NCBI GenBank assembly: GCA_965262595.1
Contig: OZ253548.1
Location: 859,740 to 923,739, forward strand
DNA length: 64,000 nt
Source of the DNA: Dehalococcoidia bacterium
GTDB lineage: Bacteria; Chloroflexota; Dehalococcoidia; Lucifugimonadales; UBA3495
Reading direction: 5' to 3'
The notes under the pieces were generated by a model that saw nothing but the letters and a program-made list of their open reading frames with translations, was not told where the DNA came from and ran no database searches. The position numbers and the translations under genes were made by a program. This document shows positions 1 to 9,243 of this stretch, piece after piece (the stretch's first letter is position 1; each line of letters begins with the position of its first letter).

Positions 1-221
1 CCGGGCCACGGTCCCTGTTATGTTAATAGCAATGGGGATAATTAATTGGCAATCAGTCCCCCATTAGCTTCATTTCCGCAAGCCATGGACCATCAACCGG
101 AACTCGGAGCCAGGAAGACTCTGAAGCCGGGGCGCCGGGGTTTGCGACAACTTAAACGCCGGGAAAACGGAAGGCATACCCTATACGTTCCAGGCGATTT
201 TTCAATACAGTTGAATTCATT

Positions 222-368
222 ATGCCAATGACGTTGCAACGGAAGCTGGTCGTTTCCCTATTGGTTGCCGTAATGTTTATCCTAAGCGTGGCCGGGCTAC
301 TGGAAATACCAGCCGGAGAAACCGTGGCCCAGGTGTTACCTGGCATCCGAATGGAAGAAGGCATTTAG
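222..368 (+). CDS. speculative small hydrophobic peptide (48 aa)
   Basis: ATG at 222 and TAG at 366-368. Translation is MPMTLQRKLVVSLLVAVMFILSVAGLLEIPAGE..., with a signal/TM-like hydrophobic core. It is below the 60-aa track cutoff and I recognise no homology. Confidence 0.15.
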   Translation: MPMTLQRKLVVSLLVAVMFILSVAGLLEIPAGETVAQVLPGIRMEEGI

Positions 369-504
369 CTCCGTTCCGTTCGGTGAGTCTAACAACTTAA
401 TTCCCTACGCCGGGACAGTCGCTCAATTAAGTTCGTCGTACAGCTGCAAAGTCATACTTTCCCAAATTGGCAACCATGATTCTTTGGCCCAACCAGAGGT
501 TCGG

Positions 505-1446
505 ATGCGCCTGGTTTTTATGGGAACGCCGGCCTTCGTAGTTCCGGTGCTGGAAGCTCTCCTGGCCGAAGCTGAGGTACAGGTGGTTGGCATCTATACG
601 CAGCCGGACCGGCCCAGGGGTCGGGGCCGAACCGTCGAGCTGACCCCGGTCAAATCGGCCGGCGTGAACCTGGGGTTGCCAGTATTTCAGCCGGCGTCCC
701 TCCGCTCCGCAAGGGCGCAGCAGGAACTGGCAGACTTGAGACCCGACGTGATATTAGTGGCCGCCTATGGAAGGTTTCTGCCGCCGGAAGTCTTGGACCT
801 TCCTCCCCATGGCTGTTTGAATCTTCATCCCTCGCTGCTTCCCAAGTACCGCGGCCCTTCGCCGGTGGTTACCACGATTATCGACGGGGAAGCGGTTACC
901 GGGGTTACCCTAATGCAATTGGATGAGGGCATGGACACGGGCCCCATCCTGGCGCAGAAAGAGTATCCCCTGAACGGCGATGAAACCGCCGCCGACCTGA
1001 CCGAAGCGCTGTTCCGTACCGGGGCGCGATTGCTTCTGGACAATCTGGAAGCATTGGCGGCCGGCAAGCTGCCCGCGCAGCCTCAAGATGATTCCAGGGC
1101 CACGGTAACTCGAAAACTGGAACGGGCCGACGGGTTAGCCGATTGGACCCGGTCAGCGGTAACTTTGGAACGACAGCGGCGGGCTTTTACGCCCTGGCCC
1201 GGACTAACCGCCCACTGGCAGGATAAATCGCTGCGGCTGCTGGATGTAACCCCATTGAACCGGCCTGATTTGGCTGGTACGGACCCGGGGCTGGTGGTAA
1301 GCCTGCCTTCAGCGGAAACCCCGGCGGGCATCATCACTGCCGACGGCATCCTGGGCTTAAAATCGGTGCAGCTGGAAGGACGCCGAGCCACTTCTATTGC
1401 CGAGTTTCTACGGGGCTATCCGGCTTTTGTCAGTAGCAGGCTCTAA
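505..1446 (+). CDS. fmt: methionyl-tRNA formyltransferase
   Basis: MRLVFMGTPAFVVPVLEALL..., HPSLLPKYRGPSP and the C-terminal domain are typical Fmt. The track ORF starts at TTG 484; the ATG at 505 (preceded by AGAGG) is the more likely start. Confidence 0.9.
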   Translation: MRLVFMGTPAFVVPVLEALLAEAEVQVVGIYTQPDRPRGRGRTVELTPVKSAGVNLGLPVFQPASLRSARAQQELADLRPDVILVAAYGRFLPPEVLDLPPHGCLNLHPSLLPKYRGPSPVVTTIIDGEAVTGVTLMQLDEGMDTGPILAQKEYPLNGDETAADLTEALFRTGARLLLDNLEALAAGKLPAQPQDDSRATVTRKLERADGLADWTRSAVTLERQRRAFTPWPGLTAHWQDKSLRLLDVTPLNRPDLAGTDPGLVVSLPSAETPAGIITADGILGLKSVQLEGRRATSIAEFLRGYPAFVSSRL

Positions 1447-1544
1447 TTTCGTCAGTATCCTGGATGACTTGGCCGGGGCAAGAGTCGCGATGTTGGTAAG
1501 CCGACCCACCGTAAGGTTCGGTGCAACGGAACCGGGCCAAACGT

Positions 1545-2894
1545 TTATGAAGGCTTTTCCCCGCTCTCGGCACTCAAATGTCGAGACCGATCGGCTCTCT
1601 GCCGACTAATTTCCCGGGACAATTGGTGTTGGGAAGCAACATTGGTCAGGCAAAGTATCGCTGCCCCTACCAGAATCGGCGCCAAGGCCGGTAGAAAGAT
1701 TCCCTCTAGCTGGCGCGCCAACTCCAACCTGAAGACATCCGAAGCCAAGCTAACTACTTCAGGAGGCAAGCCAAACTCAAGGGTCAAAATCAAGGCACCC
1801 TGGCGGCTCAGCAATCCCGGCAGAATAGCTTCTGCCAACCATCCGGCAGCCAGGGCCACCAAACCGGTCAGTAACAAGGCCAGTCCGGCATGGCGCAGGC
1901 AGCGTCTCCAATTGGGCAAATACAACGCCCCAATCGCAATAGTTCCCAAGGCCACGATACCAATGCTCCAGATTTGGCCTTGGGTGAATACGCGGTTGAC
2001 GTCCACCCGAAACCCTTCAATTTTCCCTCGCAACTCGGTTTCGGTGACTCCTTCAGACCACCAGGCAAACAGGGCTACAAGATCCAATCGGCCCGCGCCT
2101 TCCAATCCGGCTTCGATTTTCTTCGATTCGTAGCCGATGGGGATGTCGTCCAGGACCGGAACCGCCGCCGCCCGTACCGCCAGGCGCAGAAACTCCCGGG
2201 TGTCGCCGGCGAGTAATTGTTCCCGCAGCACCGGCTCGGCAGCCTGTAATCCGTGGAGGCTCCGGGGCTCGAGGGAGCGTTGCCCCTCCAAGCCAGCCAT
2301 TGCCAGGTCAAAGGCTTCCATGCGCAGAGATTCGGGAACGGCGCTTAAAGAAATTATCGAAATCGCCGACAAAGTCTCGTCGTGCCCCTGAGCCGCATCC
2401 AGTAATACGTTAAGAAATTCGGTTAGTTCGCGAGAATAGCCGGGCTGGTCAAAGTGACGGCTGCCAGGGCCCGGTTCCAACCCGACCAGTTGATCCATAA
2501 CATCGTTAATTTCAGCCGCATCGATCCGTCGGTCTATGGAATCCAGAAATGCCGACTCCAGATTGGCTAGCGGTTCCTCTCACTCCATATAGAGCTCCAA
2601 CCGATCGGTTTCCTGCGTAAAGTAGGCCGCAGACCTTTCGATGTTGCTCTCAACTTGACTCTGCAAGTATTCCGGTGGCATCAACTCTAGCAGCAAAGGA
2701 ACCGTATCTGCCAAATCCGCGAGGACGGCTAAAGGTGTTTCTTTCAACGGCTCCCGCACTAAAACTTCAGGGCCGTATTTTGGCAATACTTCGGAGTAGA
2801 GCCGTTGATAAGCGTTACCTTCCAGCAAGGCATCGGTATAGGTCTGGGGGTCAAAAAGCCGGTCGGAGAGGTTGTTGAGTACCAGATAAGACAA
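1545..2894 (-). CDS. membrane protein reading frame interrupted by one in-frame TGA (2582..2580); pseudogene, recoding or two genes
   Basis: Track ORFs 2580..2894 and 1545..2498 are in the same frame. The 27 codons between them are open (EEPLANLESAFLDSIDRRIDAAEINDV). The C-terminal part has several TM helices. A TM-like segment (FLLLFWTARSLAAFVLGLLILGAFL) lies in frame upstream of the TTG at 2894 but has no canonical start codon. Confidence 0.4.
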
Positions 2895-3122
2895 GAACGC
2901 CCCCAGGATCAGGAGACCCAGGACGAAAGCAGCCAGGGAGCGAGCAGTCCAAAAAAGTAATAGGAAGGTTTTTGGCCCCGTTTTTTTCGTTTCAGTTCAG
3001 TTAATTTTACGCGGCGCCGCCAGCCGGACGGGTCCCCCACTGTATTACGTTGACACTCAAAGGACGTTGGTGATACATTCCACACCGCTAAAGTCAGTTA
3101 TATATCCTAAAGAGGAACCTAG

Positions 3123-3923
3123 ATGCCAGTCAAGATTGCCGTTTTAGCCAAGCAGGTCATTGACCCGGAAATGCCAATGGCCGCCTTCCAGATAGATTCC
3201 AGCGCCAAGCGGGTGGTGACGCCCCCGAATATCCCGCCGGTGGTCAACGGATTTGACGAGAACGCAGTGGAGGCGGCGCTACGGATTAAGGACGCCCAGG
3301 AAGCAAGCGTGACCGTCATATCTTCCGGCACGTCTTTTGCCCTGGATGTGATGAAAAAGCCCCTTTCCATGGGCGCCGACGACTTGGTACTGCTCCAGGA
3401 CGATACTTTTCAAAACACGGTGGACAGCTTCTTTACCGCCCAGTTGCTGGCGGCCGCAGTGCGCAAGTTGGGGGGATTCGACCTGATTATCTGTGGTCGT
3501 CAGGCATCCGATTGGGACAATGCTCAAGTTCCTTTGGGAGTCGCCGAAATACTTGGCCTTTCCTGCGTATCCCTGGGCAAAAAGGTGGACGTAAGAGAGG
3601 ACAAAGTAATAGTGGAGCGGCTGGTGCCCGACGGCTATGAAGTGGTAGAGGCTCCTCTGCCGGCCCTGGTTTCAGTCAGTAACGAACTGGGTCAGCCCCG
3701 CTATCCCACACTGCGCGGCATTATGGCGGCCACCCGGAAGCGCCCTACTATCTGGGGCGTGGCCGATCTGGACCTTGACGCTGCTCAGTTGGAACCGCGG
3801 ATAACCCTGCACGACCTTTTTGTGCCGGTTAGCAACACCGAGTGCGAAATTATCGAAGGGGACGACGATGCCGACGCCGGTCGAAAACTAGCTCTGCGTT
3901 TACGCGAGGATAAGTTCATCTAG
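3123..3923 (+). CDS. etfB: electron transfer flavoprotein, beta subunit
   Basis: MPVKIAVLAKQVIDPE...NGFDENAVEAALRIKD and the C-terminal RYPTLRGIMAA motif match EtfB. An AGAGGA RBS lies upstream, and etfA follows. Confidence 0.9.
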   Translation: MPVKIAVLAKQVIDPEMPMAAFQIDSSAKRVVTPPNIPPVVNGFDENAVEAALRIKDAQEASVTVISSGTSFALDVMKKPLSMGADDLVLLQDDTFQNTVDSFFTAQLLAAAVRKLGGFDLIICGRQASDWDNAQVPLGVAEILGLSCVSLGKKVDVREDKVIVERLVPDGYEVVEAPLPALVSVSNELGQPRYPTLRGIMAATRKRPTIWGVADLDLDAAQLEPRITLHDLFVPVSNTECEIIEGDDDADAGRKLALRLREDKFI

Positions 3924-4062
3924 TTCTGACTTTGCCGCATAGCTATCAGCTCAGAATTATTGGAGACTTCGGTATCAACCGGCCCCTAACGGCAAGCCAA
4001 AGTTTCAATTTACGTTCGATTATTGATTTTACCCAGGCTTATGTTTACCAACGGAGGCCCTG

Positions 4063-5061
4063 ATGGCAGATGGAACGGGAGTACTAGTCGTCGGTGAGGC
4101 GCAAGACGGCGAGCTGAGCCTCACTTCCAAAGAAATATTGGCGGCAGCTCGCAATGTTGCCGACGCCCTGGGGCAAGAACTGGCTATTGGTTTGTTCGGA
4201 GATACGCTGGAGGGCCAGGCGCAACAGGCTATTGTTCACGGAGCGGATAAAGTTTACTCCGTAACCCACCCGTCATTGGCCGGCTTCCAGGCAGAACTCT
4301 ACCTGTCCGCCATGGAAACCCTTTGTAAGGAAGTTAACCCCGGAATAATCCTGATCGGACGCACCGGCGAAGGACGTGAACTGGCTCCCCGGCTGGCATT
4401 TCGCCTGGGTGTCGGTCTGGCCCAGGACTGTCTTGAGGTTTCGGTGGATGCCGGCACCGGCAAGCTGTTGGCCAATCGTCCGGTGTACGGCGGCAACGCC
4501 GTGGCCGTGGTCAGCTGCAACTATTCTCCCCAAGTGGCCGCCGTTCGCCCCAAAGTTTACGAGCCTTTAGAACCGGACGCTTCACGAACCGGGGAAATAG
4601 TTTCCTTCCCGGTTGACCTGAATCCCTCCGAGGCCCGAAGCCGAGTAATAGAGGTGGTGAAGGAGGAGGCTGCGGGAGTCAAACTGGAGGACGCCAACAT
4701 TGTCGTGTCCGGAGGGCGCGGACTGGGCGGGCCGGAGCCGTTTCAGAACCTGGAGGAGCTGGCCAAGCTCCTTGGCGGAGCGGTGGGCGCTTCCCGGGCG
4801 GCGGTGGACTCCGGTTGGGTACCCGCCAGCTACCAGGTGGGCCTGACCGGAAAGACCATTACACCCGACTTGTACATCACGGTCGCGATTTCCGGAGCCA
4901 GCCAGCACATGGCCGGTTGCTCCGGTTCGAAGGCCATTGTTGCCATCAACAAGGACGCCGAAGCCAACATTTTCAAGGCGGCACGCTATGGCGTGGTTGG
5001 CGACTGGGATAAAGTGGTGGCCTCATTTACCGAAACGGTGCGGGAGTTAACCCAGGATTAG
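4063..5061 (+). CDS. etfA: electron transfer flavoprotein, alpha subunit
   Basis: The FAD-binding C-terminus is ...[47 protein letters not shown], and the gene sits immediately downstream of etfB. Confidence 0.9.
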   Translation: MADGTGVLVVGEAQDGELSLTSKEILAAARNVADALGQELAIGLFGDTLEGQAQQAIVHGADKVYSVTHPSLAGFQAELYLSAMETLCKEVNPGIILIGRTGEGRELAPRLAFRLGVGLAQDCLEVSVDAGTGKLLANRPVYGGNAVAVVSCNYSPQVAAVRPKVYEPLEPDASRTGEIVSFPVDLNPSEARSRVIEVVKEEAAGVKLEDANIVVSGGRGLGGPEPFQNLEELAKLLGGAVGASRAAVDSGWVPASYQVGLTGKTITPDLYITVAISGASQHMAGCSGSKAIVAINKDAEANIFKAARYGVVGDWDKVVASFTETVRELTQD

Positions 5062-5912
5062 ACCGCTGTTTCAGGCGGCTCCAGGATTATATTGTCAATC
5101 AGGCGAGTTCGGCCCATTCGTACCGCCACCGACACCATCGCCGTCCCGTCAACCCGCTCCAGTTCTTGCAGGGTAGCGGCGTCCGCTACACTAACGTAGT
5201 CAATGCCCTCAATCAACGGCTCCTCTTCCGAGATGGAGCGGACGGCAATTCGTAGCAATTCAGGATTACTCTGCCCTTCCCGCCACAACTCCGCCGCTTT
5301 TGACAGCGCCCGGTAAATTACCGGGGCGGCGGCCCGCTGCTCGGCAGTCAGGTAGGCGTTGCGGCTGCTCAGGGCTAGGCCGTCGGCATCCCTCACCGTG
5401 GGAACCGCCACTATTTCAATGCCCAAGTTCAGGTCCCGCACCAGTTGGCGAATTACCGCCAGTTGCTGCCCGTCCTTCTGCCCAAAGTAGGCCCGGTCGG
5501 GGTGCACCACGTTAAACAGCTTGGTTACCACCGTAGCCACGCCACGGAAATGGCCGGGCCTGACCATCCCTTCCAGCCGGTTCGCCAACTCCCCAGGTTC
5601 CACCCAGGTATCAAACCCCGGCGGGTAAACCTCCTCCGGCGCCGGCGTGTAAACCAGGTCAACCCCCTCCACTTCCAGCAACTTCAAGTCCCGCTCCATA
5701 TCCCTCGGGTAGGTAGCCAAGTCCTCCTGGGGCCCAAACTGCGTAGGATTAACAAAAATGGACACGGCAACGGCCGCGTTCTCCCGCCGCGCCTGCCGCA
5801 CCAACGCCAAATGCCCCTCATGCAACGCACCCATAGTCGGCACCAGCCCCAGCGGGCGGGGGCAGGCAGTCGTGGCTTGTGTGGTGGCGGTGTTGGTGGC
5901 TAGGGTTTGCAT
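5058..5912 (-). CDS. panC: pantoate--beta-alanine ligase
   Basis: PTMGALHEGHLALVRQAR, FVNPTQFGP and YFGQKDGQQ are PanC signatures. The gene is convergent with etfA and overlaps it by 4 nt. Confidence 0.9.
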   Translation of the reverse strand: MQTLATNTATTQATTACPRPLGLVPTMGALHEGHLALVRQARRENAAVAVSIFVNPTQFGPQEDLATYPRDMERDLKLLEVEGVDLVYTPAPEEVYPPGFDTWVEPGELANRLEGMVRPGHFRGVATVVTKLFNVVHPDRAYFGQKDGQQLAVIRQLVRDLNLGIEIVAVPTVRDADGLALSSRNAYLTAEQRAAAPVIYRALSKAAELWREGQSNPELLRIAVRSISEEEPLIEGIDYVSVADAATLQELERVDGTAMVSVAVRMGRTRLIDNIILEPPETAV

Positions 5913-5937
5913 CTTTAGGTAATAGAATTCCCGAAAC

Positions 5938-6696
5938 TTAAGCCATATCTGTTACTGTAAAATGGGGATTTTGGAATTGAGGAATCCTGTTGATCCCCCA
6001 TGGGCTCATAACTAACTGGTCGATACGATTCCGTATCAACCCCTCATGGTCTGGCTGAGCAATCACGAAGTAAGTTCTCGAAACGCGTCTACGCCACCTT
6101 ATTGACCACATCGCTTCTTGATTAAGTAGACCTCGCAGTGCATTAGCGATCTTCTCTATGCGATCCTCAGCTAATTCACCTTGTTTCAATCCCTGACCAA
6201 TATGTTGGTAAATCATCAAACTCTTGCCGTTCTCAAGAAATGCCCTAATGTCGTTAAGGTACGCATTTTTGGGGCTATCATTGTTGTCCTCGTAGGGTTC
6301 TACCTCAATACCATTATCCGGATTGAGAAAGACCAATTCTGCCTTAAGAGTATCTGCGACGGCGAGATTCAGCCAATCATTGCGGCTTGTAAAGTCACAC
6401 CTACAATTCCCGAAGTACTGGGTACCATTCGGTAGGATTCCTGCGTCTTCAATCGCATGGATGTTTCTTGGTCCGTGATTCACCAGTTCCTGTAGTTCGT
6501 TGTAGAGTACTTCATCACATTCATTCACCTCAGGATACTCGATAACTTGTCCACCGCCTTCGTCGTCGTGATAGAGATACCAAACGACACCCAAAGATAA
6601 TCTTCGCAGATCATCGCCTGATGTCATCCCCGTCAACCACCGCAACAACCCATTATTCGCAAAATCCCCAATGTCGCCCACGTACTTGTTCTGCAT
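5938..6696 (-). CDS. hypothetical protein in a low-GC, apparently foreign gene
   Basis: 252-aa ORF with an AAGGGGGA RBS about 8 nt upstream of the ATG. Motifs are an N-terminal KYVGDIGDFANNGLLRWL and a central VFLNPDNGIE. Two 60-nt lines counted by hand have 22/60 and 29/60 G+C, against 34/60 in a panC line. Confidence 0.6.
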   Translation of the reverse strand: MQNKYVGDIGDFANNGLLRWLTGMTSGDDLRRLSLGVVWYLYHDDEGGGQVIEYPEVNECDEVLYNELQELVNHGPRNIHAIEDAGILPNGTQYFGNCRCDFTSRNDWLNLAVADTLKAELVFLNPDNGIEVEPYEDNNDSPKNAYLNDIRAFLENGKSLMIYQHIGQGLKQGELAEDRIEKIANALRGLLNQEAMWSIRWRRRVSRTYFVIAQPDHEGLIRNRIDQLVMSPWGINRIPQFQNPHFTVTDMA

Positions 6697-6750
6697 ATGG
6701 TCATCCCCCTTCGCGCTCCTTCGTGTCCCTTCGTGGAAAAAAGAAAAACC

Positions 6751-8442
6751 TCACCCAAACAACTCCCCAATCTCCCGCTCCAACCGTTCCTCCGCTGTTT
6801 CCCCGGGCCGGACTTCTTCCCGCCGGCTCACCCCTGCCCGGCTGCTCAATAGAGCGTAAGATTCGGCAGTGCCATAATCTCGTGTATGCACCACCACGGG
6901 CATTGGTACGGCATGACCGAAAATCAGGGCTTGTTGCTTGGATTCCAACCGGGCTAACACGCCGCGCAGTTGTCGGCTTCCTGAAGCGCCCGACAACACG
7001 GCGTCAATATCCCGATCGTTATCCAGCAAACAAGTCAACCGAGTTCCCAATTGGCTCATCACCTCCTCATCTATGCCGCTGGGCCGCTGGTCGATGACCA
7101 TCAGTGTGACGTTATATTTTCGCAACTCGCGGGCGATGATTCCGAATATGGTTTGCGGAGCCACCGAGGGACTAAGGAACTTATGTGCCTCTTCAATTAC
7201 TATAATTAGCGGACGGGGTTCCTTGCCTCGGCCGCCCTCTGCCTCTTCTTTCAATTCAACGTACCGCTGGTGAATCCGGCGAGACAAAAGGTTGCTTACC
7301 AGGATGTATGCCGTCAGGTCGTTTCCGTACCGACCGAATTCAAGAACCACGTGCTGGCCCCTTTCCAGGTGTTCAATTATCTTTGCGGCGGTATTGTAGC
7401 GGTCGCCCTGTTTCAGAAATTCGTACCGGCGCAGGCGGCTCAGCCGGTTGTGCAGCGTCGCCAGGGCCGCCACGTTCACGTTCAGATCCCTGGCCAGCTC
7501 GTTAATATCCGGGGCTTCCAGGAACTGACCCATCCAGTTTCTTCCAAAGTGCTGCTGCAGATTATAGGCCGCAGCGGCGGCTACATCAGAGAGATTGAAT
7601 GTTTCCCGCAGCAGCTCCACATCTTCCGGCTCGATTTCCTCGTAACCGATTGTGGCAACCTCATCGGGAGATGAACCACGGCGGCGGGAACTCTCTTCAT
7701 CGAGAGTAAAAGTTGAAACCCGAGACGGAAACAATTGCTTCAAACCCTTAACCTGTAGGTTATGGTCGGTATCCTGACCGCTCCAGCCGTACTCACTGTG
7801 CATGTCAAAAACCAGGGACGACGCCGTTCCGCCCTGAAGAATGCCCACCAACAACAGGCGGGTCAAAAAGGTCTTGCCGGTGCCGCTTTTGCCGAACACG
7901 CCAATCGAGCGTTTCACCAGTTCGTCCAGATCCAGGCAGACTTTAGTATCCATATCCAGGGGACTGCCAATCCAGAAATGACGCTCGTCATCCTTGCCAA
8001 AAACCAGTTCCACGTCTCGAGCCGAAGCGGGATAGGCCGGTGAGAAATGGGAAGGAATGGTTTTGGCGGCTACCGGGCTTTCATCGCCGCCGGCCACCAA
8101 GGGCATGGTCAGATTGGGTAAGGCCGACACCGTACCGTAGGCCACCGGGCCGGAAATTATTTGGGACAGGAGCGGGTCAACTAAGTCCGGGGGACTATGC
8201 CTCAACCTGGGATCGGAACTGTTTAGCTGCAGGTCGGTAACGACACCAAAGAAGCGGTACTTGCGGCCTTGAATGGTCACGAAGGTACCCACTTTGACAT
8301 CTTCGATCAGCGTTTCCCCGGAGGGATCGAGGCGAATCTCCACACTCTGGCCCAGGGAACCCCCGACGACCAGACCGAAGGGCGGAGTTCCGGGAATAAA
8401 ACCGTCACTGGAGTTGCCGTTAGAGCCAAAACCGTCCGTCAT
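6751..8442 (-). CDS. HerA/FtsK-superfamily ATPase (DUF87-like) with an N-terminal HAS-barrel
   Basis: Walker A is GVFGKSGTGKTFL and Walker B is LIIVIEEAHKFL. Also present are LMVIDQRPSGIDEEVMSQLGT and an N-terminal barrel-like segment, GLVVGGSLGQSVEIRLD...VKVGTFVTIQGRKYRFFGVVTDL. Its ATG overlaps the TGA of the upstream gene (ATGA at 8439-8442), and GGAGGG lies 7 nt upstream. Confidence 0.75.
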   Translation of the reverse strand: MTDGFGSNGNSSDGFIPGTPPFGLVVGGSLGQSVEIRLDPSGETLIEDVKVGTFVTIQGRKYRFFGVVTDLQLNSSDPRLRHSPPDLVDPLLSQIISGPVAYGTVSALPNLTMPLVAGGDESPVAAKTIPSHFSPAYPASARDVELVFGKDDERHFWIGSPLDMDTKVCLDLDELVKRSIGVFGKSGTGKTFLTRLLLVGILQGGTASSLVFDMHSEYGWSGQDTDHNLQVKGLKQLFPSRVSTFTLDEESSRRRGSSPDEVATIGYEEIEPEDVELLRETFNLSDVAAAAAYNLQQHFGRNWMGQFLEAPDINELARDLNVNVAALATLHNRLSRLRRYEFLKQGDRYNTAAKIIEHLERGQHVVLEFGRYGNDLTAYILVSNLLSRRIHQRYVELKEEAEGGRGKEPRPLIIVIEEAHKFLSPSVAPQTIFGIIARELRKYNVTLMVIDQRPSGIDEEVMSQLGTRLTCLLDNDRDIDAVLSGASGSRQLRGVLARLESKQQALIFGHAVPMPVVVHTRDYGTAESYALLSSRAGVSRREEVRPGETAEERLEREIGELFG

Positions 8443-9083
8443 ACGTTGACCCTCCGCATAATAGCGCTTAAACGCGGTACGTCTCCGGCCAATTCGGCAG
8501 CCAGGGAGCGGCCGGCGCGGAGCGCAAATGCTTCCCTATCCGGCTGGCTAGCCATCGCCTCCCGCAAGCAGGCAACCACAACTTCGTCAGCCAACGGCGG
8601 CCCGGAGTTCACCAGCAAACGCAGAAAATCCAGGTTAGAAGTAAACCGGACCACCTCATCCGGAGAACAAGGATGCACAAAGGAATGAATCCTCGGAGGG
8701 GCGGGCGGCAGCAGTTGGTAGGCCACCCCTTTCCCAGCGCCGGCGCCGGCAGCATTTTCCAGGTAGCCTACTATGAGAGCTTCAAAGCGGGTGGTCAGCA
8801 GCCGTTCGATTTGGGGGTTATCCCGATAAACCTGGTCCAGGGACTCGGCATTCCTGCCTCGGGCCAGCACCGGCCGGCTGGGGTCAATCGGCTCGGTGCG
8901 GACTCTTTGCACCACGGCATAAATTGCCGGAGTACCCACCCGAAGCAGGGCGCCCAACGGCGGCGCTCCGTACAACTCATAGCACTGAACTACAAAGGAC
9001 GCGGAGTCGGCTTCGGTAACTCCACCTATTCGGTCGGTAAAAGGGTTGCCGTGGGCGTTCAGCATTCCTCCGGTTCGCTTCAA
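8439..9083 (-). CDS. hypothetical protein, possibly HAS-barrel-like, translationally coupled to the HerA-like ATPase
   Basis: 214-aa ORF; an alternative start is the ATG at 9065 (MLNAHGNPF). The N-terminal segment IGGVTEADSASFVVQCYELYGAPPLGALLRVGTPAIYAVVQRV resembles the barrel segment of the downstream ATPase. There are no nuclease or NTPase motifs. Confidence 0.55.
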   Translation of the reverse strand: MKRTGGMLNAHGNPFTDRIGGVTEADSASFVVQCYELYGAPPLGALLRVGTPAIYAVVQRVRTEPIDPSRPVLARGRNAESLDQVYRDNPQIERLLTTRFEALIVGYLENAAGAGAGKGVAYQLLPPAPPRIHSFVHPCSPDEVVRFTSNLDFLRLLVNSGPPLADEVVVACLREAMASQPDREAFALRAGRSLAAELAGDVPRLSAIMRRVNV

Positions 9084-9243
9084 TTACTCGCAGTTGCGCT
9101 ACTTTATTACTATATTGCGGCCCATTATATCCTGTTCAGACGCCGAGGTCAGTATCAGGTCGATCCTTAAAACGCGGCTTAACCGGCCCGCCCACCATGC
9201 TATAATTAGCCCCTTAATATACCTGACTTGGGGGATTTACTTA

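Noticed and set aside
24-36. The 13-mer GTTAATAGCAATG occurs near both ends of the window (about 24-36 and about 63656-63668).
   Set aside because: Tens of chance 13-mer coincidences are expected in 64 kb, and the similarity does not extend beyond the 13 nt.
6697-6753. The HerA-like gene ends in TGA, and the downstream 252-aa ORF is in the same frame with 18 open codons between. I considered read-through, Sec or a fusion.
   Set aside because: The downstream gene has its own strong RBS and ATG. There is an abrupt GC shift at the junction. The linker peptide (GFSFFHEGTRRSAKGDDH) looks non-coding, and I found no hairpin after the TGA. The frame coincidence has a 1-in-3 chance.
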